DNA of 64,000 nt from Azolla caroliniana (Eukaryota; Plantae; Polypodiophyta): NCBI GenBank assembly GCA_043228905.1, contig JBHGNT010000006.1:23188001-23252000 (forward strand). The letters run 5' to 3'. The notes below the pieces were generated by a model. That model was not told where the DNA came from. It saw nothing but the letters and a program-made list of their open reading frames with translations, and made no database searches. The position numbers and the translations under genes are program-made. Shown piece by piece: positions 50,868 through 64,000 of the stretch. Position 1 is the first letter of the stretch. The number at the start of each line of letters is the position of its first letter.

Positions 50868-53800
50868 CTAACATGAATTGCTGAAGCTTGTCGGTTCCTA
50901 GGGCTTTGGTGAAGATGTCGGCTGTCTGAAGATTTGCGTTGATGTGTTGAAGGTCGACATCTCCAGCCTGAACGCGATCTTGAATGAAGTGATAGTGCAC
51001 TTCGATATGCTTCGTGCGTGCGTGGAACACTGGGTTTCGAGCCAGATGAATATTGCTCATGTTGTCGCAGTAAAGGGGAATTGGATCTTTGATGGGAACA
51101 CCTAGATCCTTTAATATCCTCTTGAGCCATACAACTTCACATGCAGCCATCGCCACACCCCTGTATTTAGCATCTGTGCTCGCAAGAGTGACGGTGGGTT
51201 GCTTCTTGCTACTCCAAGAGATGGTTCCACTTCTGAGGGAGAAGATGAAACCAAAGGTTGATCATCGATCGGCTTTGTAGCCAGCCCAGTTGGCATCTGT
51301 GTACCCTTTGAGTTGAATTGGTGTGACCAACATACAGAGAATGTCATAGTCCATCGTTTTAGCACTTGCTTACACAATCTGAATGGATATCTCATGGAGT
51401 TTGGATGAATTGGGTAAGGAGGCTGACTAGATAGCTTAGGTCGGGTCGAGTGATCGTGAGGTAGATGAGGCTCCCAATCAGTTGTCGATACTGAGTCAAC
51501 TCACACTCTATGGTGCCAGAGTCGGCATCCAGATTGAGGTTTCGATCGAGAGGGGTTGCCATAGATTTGCACTTGGTCATCCCGAACTTGTATAACAAGT
51601 CAAGTATGTAGTGCCATTGAGAGATCATTACTCCGGTTGGAGTCCGTATTTCCTCGATGCCAAGGAAGTAATGGAGCTTTTTTATGTCCGTCATATCGAA
51701 TTTGCTGGAGAGGAGGAACTTGACCTTGTTGATGTCGACTAAATTCTCATCTCCAATGACCAGATCATCCACGTATAGGATGATGACAATTGGACTTTCG
51801 GAATTGCTTCTTCAATAGAGAGAATTGTCAAATTTTGACATTCGGAAGCCGATTCAATGAAAATATTGTGTTATCTTCGAGTACCAAGCTTGTTGGATTC
51901 GAAGCTGAGTGGTTGTACCCTGTACACCTCCTCTTCTAATTCACCTTGAAGAAAGGCGTTCTTGACATCCATCTGGTGGAGGTGCCACCCTTTCGCTGTA
52001 GCAAGCGCTATTTCGGTCCGCATGGTTGTCATCTTTGCCACGGGGGCAAAGGTCTCTTCATAATTGACTCCTTGTGTTTGTGTGTAGCCCTTTGCTATGA
52101 GTTGAGCTTTGTAGCGGTTGATGGAACCGTCCATGTTATACTTCACTTTGTATATCCATTTGCAACCGATTGCCTTCTTGTGTGGTGAGTGAGGGACGAG
52201 ATCCCATGTCTCGTTCTTCCTGAGAGCTTGCATCTCCTCGTTCATCGCTTCGACCCATCACGGATCTTTAACGGCTTCCGCATAGCTCTCTGGTTCTCGA
52301 ACTGCTGTCACCTTCATCATAAAGACATAGTGATATGCCATATAGTCGTTGTAGCCGAATTGGCTAACCAAATTCTTCTCTCGGGTGGAGTAACGGAGTT
52401 TCTCATTTGCCTATGTGAGTGCTTTCTCAAATCTGGGTGGGCTCATAAGAGGCACATCAAAGCCATCGAACTCACTATTGAGTGAGTGAGTCGATTCGTT
52501 GTTGTAGAAGTGATCGTCTTCATATTCCGGCATTTTGGCCTTCCCTTTGTCCATCTTTGGACTTGACTGAGATATGCTTTGGTTGCTCGGAGGCTCTTGT
52601 GGTCCGCTCAATCTGGTTGAGATCAGACTCTCTTCGATTTTCGACCTTAGTTTATCGTCGTCTTCTGTGTTGTCGAGGTCGTTCGTAGATAGTTCGGGAG
52701 GAGTCGGCTAGGGTTTGTACCATGATGTCGATTCGTCAAAGACAACATCCCGACTTACACGAGATTTCTGAGTAGAGGGGTTGAAGCAATTGTATCCCTT
52801 TTGCTCTAGTGAGTACTCCACGAGAATGCACTTTGATTTTGGGTCAAGCCTCTGCCGCTTCTCACTGGGAATGTGCACGTATGCAATGGAGTCGAATATC
52901 CTTACATGGGATAGATCCGGCTTCTTCCCATAGTATTTCTCATGCGGGGTGACCTCGTGCAGTCCGGATGTTGTGCACCGGTTCATGAGGTAGACGGCGG
53001 TATTTGTAGCTTCTGCCCAATATGACTTGGGCATATGCTTCTTATTTAGCATGGCCCTTGCTACTTCAAGGATATGTCGATTCTTGAGTTTGGCTTCACC
53101 GTTCTGTTGCGGTGTTTGTCAGCAAGTGAATTCTCGCGAAATTCCTTCTTGTCGAAGGTATGCCGTGAACGCATCGGAGAAGTATTCCTTTCCTTCGTCC
53201 GACTGAAGACATCGTACATGGCAGCCAATTGTCTTTTCGACTTCGCTTTTGAATTTTTGGAAGTGTGGAAACACTTTGCTCTTCATCCTCATGGGAAAGA
53301 TCCATGTGTATCTAGAGAAGTCGTCGATGAAGGTAACATAGTACCGACATCCTCCGAATGTGGCCGTTTGTGCCGGTCCCCACACATCCGAGTGGACTAC
53401 GTTCAATGGGCCTTTGCTCACGTTCCTCTCCTTCGGGAATGGGTGTCGATGTTGCTTGCTGAATTGGCATGCTTCACATACTCCTTCAATCTCTTTCTCT
53501 TTGAAGTTCGGGAGCCCAATGAAGACTCCTTTCAATTGCATCGCCTTAAGTTTATAGAGATTGATATGGCCGACTCTTTTATGCCATAGATCTTTGTCGG
53601 TGTCAGGTTTGAGGCCTTTTGCAAACATGGACGATTTTACCTCATTCGCTTCGAGGATAAACATTCGGCCTTCCCCTTCGACCACGAGCAATTAGTTGGC
53701 CTTCCTTCTCGATGAAGCAACCACCTTAGTTGCATCAAATTTGCATCCCTTGCTCCACAATTTGGCCGACCGAGACCAAATTCTTCGTTATGGTGGGTAC

Positions 53801-55167
53801 ATGTAAGACATTTTTTATGCAAGTTTGTTCGGTGTCTTTCCCGAATGGGACATTGCCGACATGCCAAATCGGATGAGTGGTGTCGTCTCCGGTGTCGATA
53901 TAATCGGGTCGATCCGGCTCTCATAAGTCTCGAAACTATTCTTGATGGGACGTCAAATGGTTCGAGGCACCGGAGTTGACGAACCATGCATTTTCTGGAT
54001 TGGAGGCATTAGTCGAAGTAGAGGCCGACATAGAATTTGCTCTATGCCTCATCACGAACATTCTGCCATGGTCTTCATAATCCGAGTTGGTGGCATAATT
54101 TGAGTTCTCGGCTTGTGGAAGACAACTCGTGCTTCTTCTTCATGGTGGCCAATTTTTCCGCAATAACCGCATTCGATCGAGGTTTGTTTGCTCGGACTGG
54201 AATGGAAGCTCCCCCTTCTTCTGAAGGTTCCTCGATGGCTTCTGTCTTGTTGTCGAAATTGGGAATTGTTGTCGTAAGTCGGACCTCGTCCGCCTTGTCC
54301 TTGGCCGAATAGGCATCTTGCTCGGCCGCGTCCTCTTCCACCGTTCGAATGTGTGTAGAGCATGTGGCCTTCTGAGGCGTTGCTCCTTGTTCGAACATGG
54401 TTTTCTTCAACCAACAACATGGATTGAAGATCAAAGAAACAGGGAGGACTCTCCTTTGCTAGTACGACGGTTCTCATTGCGCTGAACCGTGGTGCAAGGC
54501 CATCGAGGCATATTTGCACCATCTTATCATCCTCCACATTGACACTTATTGAGCCGAGTGAATCACAAAGCTCCTTGATCTTCAAGGTGTAGCTTGTGAT
54601 GGACATGTCCCGTTGTTGGATGTTGTTCAACTCTTGGCGGAGTTGAAGCTTTCGTGCCGTCGTATTGGCGGAGAATATCTTCCTTAGATTCTCCCATGCT
54701 TCCTTTGGCGTCGTGGTTTCTCGAACGTAGCCGAGCATGTGGTCATGAACACATGTCTCCATGAATACATTACTCGACTCGCCGCTTGCTCCCATGTTGA
54801 GTAGTCGGTGTCCTTTGGGTCGGGTTGATTTTCTTGTGCTCCTTTGATGTAGCTCCAATAACCTTGACCGACAAGGTATTGGTGCATCTTGTATTTCCAA
54901 GATGCGAAGTTGTTTCGGTCGAACTTCTCGCTAGGGAGAGCGCTCCCCATTTGAGTATTCATAGTGTTCGATGTAGATTTCTTCCTTCTTCTTCTCTCTT
55001 GAACATGAGCTAAGTAGCTGCACTATGATAGCGATGAGCCGGTTCTTCTTGAACGTCGACGTGGAGCACAACAGACGCAGATGGGCTAGATCGAGCTACC
55101 AAACCACTCTGATACCATGTAATGAATCGATGGTGATTCTTGTGCAGCGGAATAGGTTAGAGATGTG

Positions 55168-55238
<71 letters not shown>

Positions 55239-55542
55239 CACAAGATCGATAGAATAGACAATAGAAAATACTCAAGAAGATTGTATATTACAAAGGAGAT
55301 TAACCGACATGTTACAAAGTAGGAGAAGAGTGCAGTTTATATAGTCACTCTCTCTTCATTAACTACCGAAGCTCATGAGTCATGGGGAATGTGGAAACTC
55401 ATTAGTTATGTGTCATAGAATATGATTCTATGACACATAGTTCATGTGTAAAGAGTAGTGGTGTGACTTTTGAACTTTGAGGGTTCATACACTCTCAAGG
55501 GTATGCTCACACACTAGGCTAGGTTGAGATTGATTCTCAACA
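50868..55542 (-). mobile_element. Degenerate copia element (B-related), 3' LTR missing
   Basis: 5' LTR 55118-55542 with (GT)n(GA)n, PBS ~55107-55117, gag (EKFDRNNFASW), PR (WFVNSGAS), IN, RT, RH (ARTKHIEVHYHF). Confidence 0.88.
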
Positions 55543-56097
55543 TTACCCAAGAGACATTATACACTGCTCATCGCAGATATACCATTTTTCTTCAATGCAC
55601 CACATCCAATATATCTTTTGCTCTTCAATCAAACTACGAGTAGCCAATCTTTTATGGTCGTCATACAACATTTGTTCTACACCATGGATTACCACATCTA
55701 GAAAATGTAAGAAGAGCCTACATCCCTCTTGTGGCTCCCATTGTGAGCTAGATGACTATTGTTTGGCATACAACATCGTCTGGTTGTGGTCAATTGAACT
55801 TTTTTTATGAGTAAGATGTGGTTAAAACTAATATTATTAAGTGGAGCAAGAACCCTACACCAAGTCCCATCACCATCCACGCAGAAGTGTTTCAAGTCAT
55901 AAACTTCATCCAAATGCTATACATCTGGCTTTAGGGTATAAGCTTCAGTGATCAACTTTGATAACATAGGAAGCCTGAAAGCATCACATCTCACTAGTTT
56001 ATTTAAGAATTGGTTAAACATTTGATCTATATGATCACGTGTATGAACAACTAGTAAGAAGTTTACCTTAAGCTTTTTAAATATGCGCCTCTTTGCT
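55543..56097 (-). pseudogene. Third, more diverged fragment of the Sola-like transposase
   Basis: FKKLKVNFLLVVHTRDHIDQMF..DAFRLPML..EAYTLKPDV and DEVYDLKHF..LNNISFNHI align with ORF 16185-17408. Confidence 0.85.
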
Positions 56098-56099
56098 AG

Positions 56100-59000
56100 C
56101 ATGCCCCTCGCTGTCACCTTTTCCACATCCTCTGGCCTTCGCTCGAGCTACTGTATTCATGTTGCCATCAGCTCCTCCTGACCGACATCCACAAGGCTAT
56201 CGTCCGCTCCACCGGCATGACCGTCTTCTGTGCAAACATTAGTTTGGATAGCATGTATCCGGTCACCGAACTCTGCATAGTTAGGTCTACCCATAAAGCA
56301 TAAGGAAGAAGCCTCTGCAGGTTCCCGACTCATCCGTCGCATGCCCGCACTATTGCTTTGACGATCGACCCGTGCCCTTGCTCAACCTTCCTGTTAGCTT
56401 CCAGATTGTATGCCATCGTGAGGGAAAAATTGACCCCTTGTTGGTCGAACAACTCCTCAACTTCTTGCACTTCCAACTCCCCTAGGTCAGCCACTATCTT
56501 CCCGATGCATCCGTACTGGCAAATCACATCCTCGATCAAGAACTTACACACTGTTGTGGTCTTCTTCTTCATTATGGCCCAAGCCTCCCCTGGTTCGTCA
56601 GTCTTCTCGCACAAGAACTAGATATCTCATCTACTCTACTCCCATCAGCATCATCACTAGGTCGACCATCCACTTTAAGTGGATGGCTAGCGGGTAGGTC
56701 GGGTGCAACTTGTCCCTGTGCCCGATCGTCGTATGTACCTAATAGCTCTCGCATGTCGTCACGAAGTGCTGCACATCCATGTACACTCTAGGCAACCAAT
56801 ACTTCTCCATTAGCTTCTCAAACGTGGCCCACGTGCCCCGATGTTAGAACTAGGGGATTTCATGAAGTTCCGATATCAGCACCGATTGATTCACCTCCAT
56901 CATCACTACCCGAAGCGGTGTGCCAATCCGCTTCTTTAGATGCCACTAGATTTTCCGGCCTTGTAAGAAAAACCGATATGCCTTCTTCCAGATCCAACCC
57001 ACATCCTCTTGCATCCGTGATGTATACAACACCATCGTGCTTAGGAACCTCCTGATCAAAAGCCACTCCCCATCGTAGTTGTTCGCATCGAACTTGTTAA
57101 GGGCCGGAGTGCTTCCTCTATTGGCCAACATCCGAGCTGACTAGAAGAAGTCCATGCCGACCTCTTCGTCCTCTGATACCATGAAGTCCTCTCCTTCGAA
57201 TTGAGATCCTAATAGCATATCGACCATGGTATTGTCTTTTCTAGAGATGCTTCGTATCTCATGATTCAAGGACTTGATGTATGCAATCCACCTAAGCATT
57301 GCCAGGTCCGGAGTCGCACATCCGGAAACCATACTGAGGATCGGTAGGCAATCCGTCTCAATAATTACCTTTGTCTCGATCAAGTAATCGTTGTCTTGGG
57401 GTTATCCTCATTGTCACTCACTCAGCACCTCCGCACCAAACCGGATGGGGAACCACCTGCTGGCCTCGTCTTCATTGTTGAGCACCCATCGGATTCTGGC
57501 CAGACTTGTGTCGACCGTCCCATAAACTGGAGCGCCGACTTTGTACACAACTTTCTGGAGAGTCGGTGTCGCCATCAACATCTCCTTTAATCTCTTAACT
57601 GCCTCTGTGTGTGCGCTCTTCAGTCCATTCGAACCTTTGTCCTTTCTTCAACAAGACATAGAGCGGCTAGGCAATGTGGGAGTAATGCGGGATCCATATG
57701 TGGTAGAAGATGCATGGTCCTAGAAACCGCGGAACCTCTGTGACCAACCCGCACACTTCCTTCATACCCAAAATGGCCTCTACCTTTGCTGAAGATGGTT
57801 TTCGGTTGTAAGGCCTGTATAGGTGTCTGACCACTAGGACCTCTGATTGTTCGAACCAGGGGCTTTCATGAAATTTCGATACGAGCACCGACTAGTTCTC
57901 CTCCTTCATCACCACTCGAAGAGGTGTGCTGATCCGCTTCTTCGGATGCTCGTGTTCGAACTAGGGGCTTTCATGAAATTACGATACGAGCACCAACTAG
58001 TTCTCCTCCATCACCACCCTGAGCAGTGTGCCGATCCGCTTCTTCGAATGCTGCCAAATTTTCCTGTCTCATAGGAAAAAATGGTATGCCATCTTCCGGA
58101 TCCAACCCACTTCCTCTTGTGTCCACAATGTATATGGCACCATTGTGCTTAGGAACCTACCAATCAAAAGACACTCCCCATTGTCCTTGGTCTGGTTGAA
58201 CTCTTTAAGGGTCGGAGTGCTTCGTCAGTTCGCCAACATCTCAGCTGACTTCAAGATGTCCATGCCGACCTCTTCGTCCTTCAATACCATGTCGTCCTCT
58301 CCTTCGAACCGAGATGTTGATAGCATATCGGCCATGGTATTGTGTTTTTCAGAGATGTGCCGTATCTCATGATTCAAGGACTTGATGTATGCAATCCACA
58401 TGAGCATCGCAAGGTCCACAATCACACATCTAGAAACCATATCGAGGATCGGCAGGCAATCCGTCTCAATAATTACCTCTGTCCCAATCAAGTAATCGTT
58501 CTCTTGAGGCTATCATCATTGTCGCTCACTCAACGCCTCTTCACCAAACCGGATGGGGAACTACCTGCTGGCCTCATCTTCGTGGTAAATCACCCATCCG
58601 ATTCTCGTTAGACTAGTGTCAACCGTCACATAAACCGGAGCGCCCACTTTGTACAGAGCTTTCTGGAGAACCAATGCTCTTCCGTCTATTTGAACCTTTG
58701 TCCTTTCTTGAACAAGCCATAGAGAGGCTTGGCGATGTGTGAGTAATGTGGGATCCATATGTGGTAGAAGGTGCCCGACCCCAGAAACCGTCGAACCACC
58801 GTGACTGACCCGCACACTTCCTTCATCACCGAGATGGCCTCTTCCTTTGTTAGAGACGGTTTCCGGCCGTAAGGCCCACATTGGTGTTCAACCACTAGAA
58901 CCTCTTATTGTCCGAACGCCGATTTCTCTTCGGAGAAGGTGAGCTGTGCACCTTCGAGCCGGTCCATTATTTTCTCGTAGTCGGCAATGTGGTTCAACAC

Positions 59001-60312
59001 GAACCTTTGACATCCGTCCTCTGCGACTGTTTCGTCCTTTTTATCCTCTAGACATCCCTTGATCGAGACGTCGTCCAAAAATGGCATGGTGATGTTCGAC
59101 ATGCAATCCCTCAACACCTTGTTCATCGCATTCACAATGGGCACCACCATACGCATTTGAACTAATCCGAGAGGGGTCTACATCATCGTGATGTCCCTGC
59201 TTTCGACGACTAGCTAGAATTGGTCATACCCGGATTATAAGTCGTTGACCTTCTGGAGAAGGTCTCCACGAACTCATCGATTGTCGGCTTGACCCTTGGA
59301 TTCCGGATCATCACTCTATCAATAGATTGCATGTCCTAGATGAAACCTAGTGTGTCGTTCTTCTTCAGTACTATGAACCACCAATTCGAGTAAGGGACGC
59401 TCGACGGTTTGAGGATCCCTATATCGACTTTCTCCTTGACTAGCTCCAGAAACTGCAGGATGTGAGCTCTCGGCACCGGAATCGGTTTGAGACTCCATGG
59501 TACATGCAGTACCGTAAAGATGTCCATCGGCTCCATGATCTTCGGGTCAATGCACCCGATCTCCCCTGGCGAGAATGCAAAGGCTTTCCCGTGCTTATCG
59601 AGCATTCTCCAAAACTAGTCTTCTTCTACCGGCATTAGAAAGCCACCCCTACCTATCTTTAGCTTCCGTAGCGTCTCCTCCATGAACTGGTACCCTATGC
59701 CGGCCGGATCTCTGAAACTTGGGTTGTTCCCCACTCCTTTCTTCCTCTCCTAGTTCTCCTCTTGTAAGGGTTCCGGGATTGGCCTCACCTTCTAGTCCAT
59801 AGTCTTATACTTCATGTTGACTCAAGTTGTCTGGTCCAATCCAAGCCTCTTACTGAAGTCCGCGATGACTTCATACATTCCGATGTAATTTACCATAATG
59901 ACTCGGTCTCCTCTTAGATCCTTCTCAATTACAGTGTCAATCTCCGCGAGGGTTTCGTCAAATGACACCACCTCCATGGCTCTACTGATCTCATTGTCAG
60001 GGACCAAGGTTCTACATGCCTTCAAGCCCCTCTCGATCCGTCTTTTCTCCCGGCCACCAATGTCGGTTATGGTACAACGTCTGCTGTCGGAGAACCAAAA
60101 CTTCCTACTTAATGTACAAGTGTGGGGTTTCTTCCAATCATCCGGCCTATTGCGGCCCAACCCCCTGATAGCCCTCAATGGCTCTGTCGAGGGCGCCAGA
60201 GCCCTCGCGTGCGCTCAGTATCCGATCCACGGCCGAAGCCATGGCCTCTGCAAGATCCGACCCTTTCATCTTCTGCTCTTCTGCCGCCTCTTTCACGTCG
60301 GGTTCACCAAGA
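56100..60312 (-). mobile_element. Degenerate Ty3/gypsy internal region with tRNA-Trp PBS and duplicated RNase H segment
   Basis: PBS complement TTCACGTCGGGTTCACCA at 60292-60309; RT PFLDDV; RH IETDCLPIL twice (57141, 58225); IN AYNLEANRKVE. Confidence 0.85.
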
Positions 60313-60943
60313 TGTCGAGGTTTTCCTCGCGGATGCGTGGAATGAGGCGGAACCTCGGGGGTCCTGTACCAAAGAGCAAGAGAGGAGGGGAAGAATCCCT
60401 CTACGTGCGAGCGTAGATCCACAAGGACACGGCCCTTCGACGCAAAGACGCAAGTGGGACAGCGACACAGAAAGACACGAATGTATGTATGTATTGACAA
60501 AGACAAACAACAAGAACACGAAGACAACAAAACACGAAGTCGGTTACAACCGACCAGGCCGGCGAACAGATGCCGATACCTGCTCGTAAACGCATAGAGA
60601 GGAAGGAGTAGGTTGGAGGTGCTGCAGGAAGCACTCGGCCATTCCTCAGAGCAGCGCGAGCCTCCCGAAACCTGCACAGAAGGAAGCTATGGCGTTTGCA
60701 AACCAGAGAGAGAGAGAGAGAGAAGCCTTCGCACGCAAACCGACAGCACTTCGTCCTCCACTCCCCGTGATCCTCCTCGTCTCCCTCCTTTTATAGGCAA
60801 GGAAGGAGCCGTTTCCCCTTTACTTCCTACCTACCGGATCTACCTAGGATCTCCTATGTACAACATAAGGCGCACGTGCATGAAGAGTCGATTTCTACGC
60901 TCCGGTGCACCGATTCCGCTTGTGGACGGTTTTCTTCACGACA
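60313..60943 (-). repeat. Gypsy LTR lying between an upstream integrase and a downstream PBS
   Basis: TGTCG...CGACA; purine tract (complement of TCCGCCCCCACC) on one side and PBS on the other. Confidence 0.85.
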
Positions 60944-61016
60944 TCCGCCCCCACCTAACCGCGCATCCACCGGCATGCGCCAAATTGTGTTGGGACGGAG
61001 AAAACCGGTCCAGCCT

Positions 61017-62198
61017 TCATTCTCCGCCCGTCGGTTCTTCCTCGGTTTCGGATCGCTCATCGTCGCGGTCCAAGTCAACCGGATCCGGCTCGTCGTCGTG
61101 ACGCTTCTTGAACGCTTTGATCCGCTTCCCAGCTACCGGTATCGCCATTCTCATACCGTCGAGTTCCGCCAGATGGTACGTCCCGTTGTCGTTGGCGCTT
61201 TGTACCACGTAAGGCCCGAACCACCTTCTTGCGAACTTCCGTGTCGCTCGATGCTGGTTGTCAAGGCTGCTGTCGTAGACTAGCACCCAGTTGCCTTCCT
61301 CGATCTTCTTCGGTCGGAGCCGGTGCGTTCGGTCGAACCGGGCTTTGTTCCTCATCCTTGCTTCCCGAAGCTTTTCCGCAGCCTGCTCCACGTCCTCCGG
61401 TCTTCGCTCGAGCTGTTGTATACGCGCCGCCAGCAGCTCCTCCCGGCTCATCTCGTCTCTCCAGTCCACGGTTGCCCATGAGGAGATCGTACATTCCATC
61501 GGCATGACCGGCTTCTGCCCAAACATGAGTTCTGCCGGCATGAATCTGGTTACCAAACTGTGTGTAGTTCGGTCCGCCCACAACGCGTAAGGCAACAGCC
61601 GCGGCCAGTTCCCGACTCGACCTCCGCATGCCCGAACTAACGCCTTGACGATCGGTCCGTGTCCGCGCTCCACCTTCCCATTCACCTCCGGATTGTACGC
61701 AGTGGTAAGCGAGAGCTTGACTCCTAGCCGGTCGAACAGCTCCTCGGCCTCTTCGGCGTCCAACTCCCCGCGATCAGTCACGATCTTCCCGACGCACCCG
61801 TACCGGCATATCACGTCCTCGATCAGGAACCGACATACAACCGCGGTCGTTTTGTTCTGAAGGGCTCGGCCTTCCACCTGGTTCGTCAGATCTTCCCGAG
61901 CCAGGACCAGATACCGCATCTGTCCTATGCCCATCGGCATCGTCACCAGATCTACCATCCATTTGAAGTGGATGGTCGGAGGGTACGTAGGGTGAAGCTC
62001 GTCCCGATGCCGGACTATGGAGTGCATCTGACAGCTCTCGCAAGTTGTCACGAACCGATGCACGTCCCGGTACAGTCCCGACCACCAGTACTTCCCCTTT
62101 ATCTTCTCGAACGTGGCCCACGTTCCACGGTGTCCAGCCCAAGGGCTCTCGTGGTAGGCCGTCAGCAGCTCCTCCTGTTCTTCCTTCATCGCCACCAC
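61017..62198 (-). CDS. Ty3/gypsy integrase (truncated pol, open frame)
   Basis: HHCC finger YHESPWAGH..CESCQ, WMVDL, TDRGE, YNPEVNGKVER, C-terminal WFGPY. Confidence 0.9.
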   Translation of the reverse strand: MVAMKEEQEELLTAYHESPWAGHRGTWATFEKIKGKYWWSGLYRDVHRFVTTCESCQMHSIVRHRDELHPTYPPTIHFKWMVDLVTMPMGIGQMRYLVLAREDLTNQVEGRALQNKTTAVVCRFLIEDVICRYGCVGKIVTDRGELDAEEAEELFDRLGVKLSLTTAYNPEVNGKVERGHGPIVKALVRACGGRVGNWPRLLPYALWADRTTHSLVTRFMPAELMFGQKPVMPMECTISSWATVDWRDEMSREELLAARIQQLERRPEDVEQAAEKLREARMRNKARFDRTHRLRPKKIEEGNWVLVYDSSLDNQHRATRKFARRWFGPYVVQSANDNGTYHLAELDGMRMAIPVAGKRIKAFKKRHDDEPDPVDLDRDDERSETEEEPTGGE

Positions 62199-62274
62199 CC
62201 GGAGCGGGACGCCGTTCCTCTTCTTCGGGTGCTTCCATAAGTATCCGTCCCGGAGAAAGAATCCGTCCCGGAGG

Positions 62275-63480
62275 ATTCAACAGGGCGCGTCCAAATGAAA
62301 ACAATCGTCAGCATAAGGACCAATGCCGTTATGACGAAAGTTCAGAGGATGACCGACGTCAAGAGCCACGCTAGGAATACCGTCAACAACCCGGAATAAT
62401 AGGTGACTGCAGCATAACCGAGACGAACAAGCAGTACCGGCGGAAACTAATACACCTCGGGTAGTAGAAAGAGGCGAGTCCACCATACTCTGTTTCGTGT
62501 GTCAATAACCTGGTCATTATGTGACGCAATGTCCACGTCCAAAAGGAAAGGAGGCAGCCGTGAATACCATCACTGCAAAAGTCCAACAAATCACAACATG
62601 ACAACATGCGAAGAATGCAGACTAGGCAGAACAAGATGAGAGACACAAGGCAGCCCAGGCCTAGGTAGAAAAGGCAAATGCGGCAAACGCAAAGCGTATG
62701 AAGCAGGAGTCCGCAAACGACAATTTGCTGATGAAAGAAAACACATCATCATTGGATCCCATATGGCAAGCATTGGCGGACTGTGAGATAACAATGACCA
62801 TGGAGAAGCTTCTTTGACTGGTGCCACGATTCCGGTAGGAAGAGGAAAATTGCATAAGGGGCACAACTGGATTAGAGGTCTCAGCAAATTTTGCGGAGTC
62901 TAGTACTAAGCCAACAACTATAGATCATCATAATCCAGCCATTAATAGAAACCGAAAATATAAATATGTTGGAAAGAGTAGATGATATAGAGCTTGAATC
63001 GTACCTAGATGATCAACCACGGATTGTTCCATTATTTGAAATTGATGTAATAGAAACTGATGCGGAATACGCCCCAACTAATACGCTTCAGAAAGATGAA
63101 TATGAACCGAACCCAGAGTCTCTAATGGAGTTAAGTAGAGCACGCACAATGTTCGAGACAGAAATGGAAATCTCATGGTGAGTCACGGCTTGGACATTAG
63201 AAGAAGTTAATATCGGAGCCAATGCCAAAACCTCGGAGGAATGATCCGGACATTGAACCAATGGAGCCGGCCCTGATCACGTGGAGTAAAGATGACAACA
63301 TGGGAACTCACAAACCGGCCGAGCATGGTGAGGTGGACGACACATAATTGGATGAGCCGGTTGAGCAGAACAACAAAGCACCTACGGACGTCACACCATC
63401 TCCGAACCATGTCGTACAGATGGAGCCGAACATCCTGGACATTTTGAACGAGGAGTAGAGGGATGGGTCCGATGTGCCAT
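62275..63480 (+). mobile_element. Retroelement gag-like fragment
   Basis: Decayed zinc knuckle LCFVCQ*PGHYVTQCP at ~62488-62537 amid charged low-complexity coding-like sequence. Confidence 0.55.
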
Positions 63481-63508
63481 GGCACTGTCCCACATGCGTG
63501 CTAGGTAT

Positions 63509-63974
63509 TGTCCGCCAGAATGGTAACCGCGGAACCTAACGCTTAAATGAATAGAATATATTATTAGAAGAGTTAAAGAAATGCATGTAATGGTTCACTC
63601 TAGGAGCGTAATGGACTAAAAGCCCTATGTATATAAAGGGCAGAAATCCTTTGTAAAAAGCTAGTGTGTATTTGGAGAACTACCTTCAGTAACACAGGAC
63701 TATCTTGTCTAATTTCCTTGTTTGTGCAAGTTGTCTACTAATTACGTGTTCTACTCCGTGGTAACTGTGGGCTAGTAAGCGTAGGGTAAGTGTGTATATG
63801 ATATCATACACTAGTGAGCTTTGGTTATAGCCGTCTCCCTTCAGGCCCAGACGATACACTTTGCCTTGTAAGCCGGTTACAATTCACGCACATACGGATC
63901 TATTCCTTGCACCACAATCACCATGAAGTCTACCTCGAAGAACTAAGAGTAGACAGTGTTCCTAACCGGTAACA
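63509..63974 (+). repeat. LTR related to the solo LTR at 40001-40508
   Basis: TGTC...CCGGTAACA termini and shared internal blocks; possible PBS TGGCACCCGATG near the window end. Confidence 0.7.
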
Positions 63975-64000
63975 AAAAGGACGAAGTTGGCACCCGATGC

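Noticed and set aside
60292-60309. tRNA gene
   Set aside because: Only the 18-nt 3' end including CCA is present next to an LTR, so it is a primer binding site.

Overview
Repeat-rich land-plant nuclear DNA; a fern or other non-seed plant is my inference from style and gene content, not proven. The window holds one intact-looking host gene (a 3-exon CYP71-clan cytochrome P450, 12677-14461) in a deep nest of Ty1/copia, Ty3/gypsy and LINE elements. The stand-out feature is a cut-and-paste DNA transposon family with 36-bp TIRs (AACACGTTCGCG...) and a GTAT target duplication. It occurs as a long copy (15623-35013, about 8.3 kb after removing nested copia elements), a deleted copy (39477-44244) and a third transposase fragment (~55543-56097). 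It carries two divergent genes: a DDD-type (Sola-like/DUF7869-like) transposase, and a six-exon gene for a ParB-like domain fused to a bacterial-type beta-class N6-adenine/N4-cytosine DNA methyltransferase. Intron 1 of that gene holds an array of 23-bp palindromes (AACTCGATAC-NNN-GTATCGAGTT) with periods of 31, 41 or 51 bp, i.e. helically phased. Both cargo genes are decayed in these copies. All family assignments rest on motif recognition by eye; no database searches were run.
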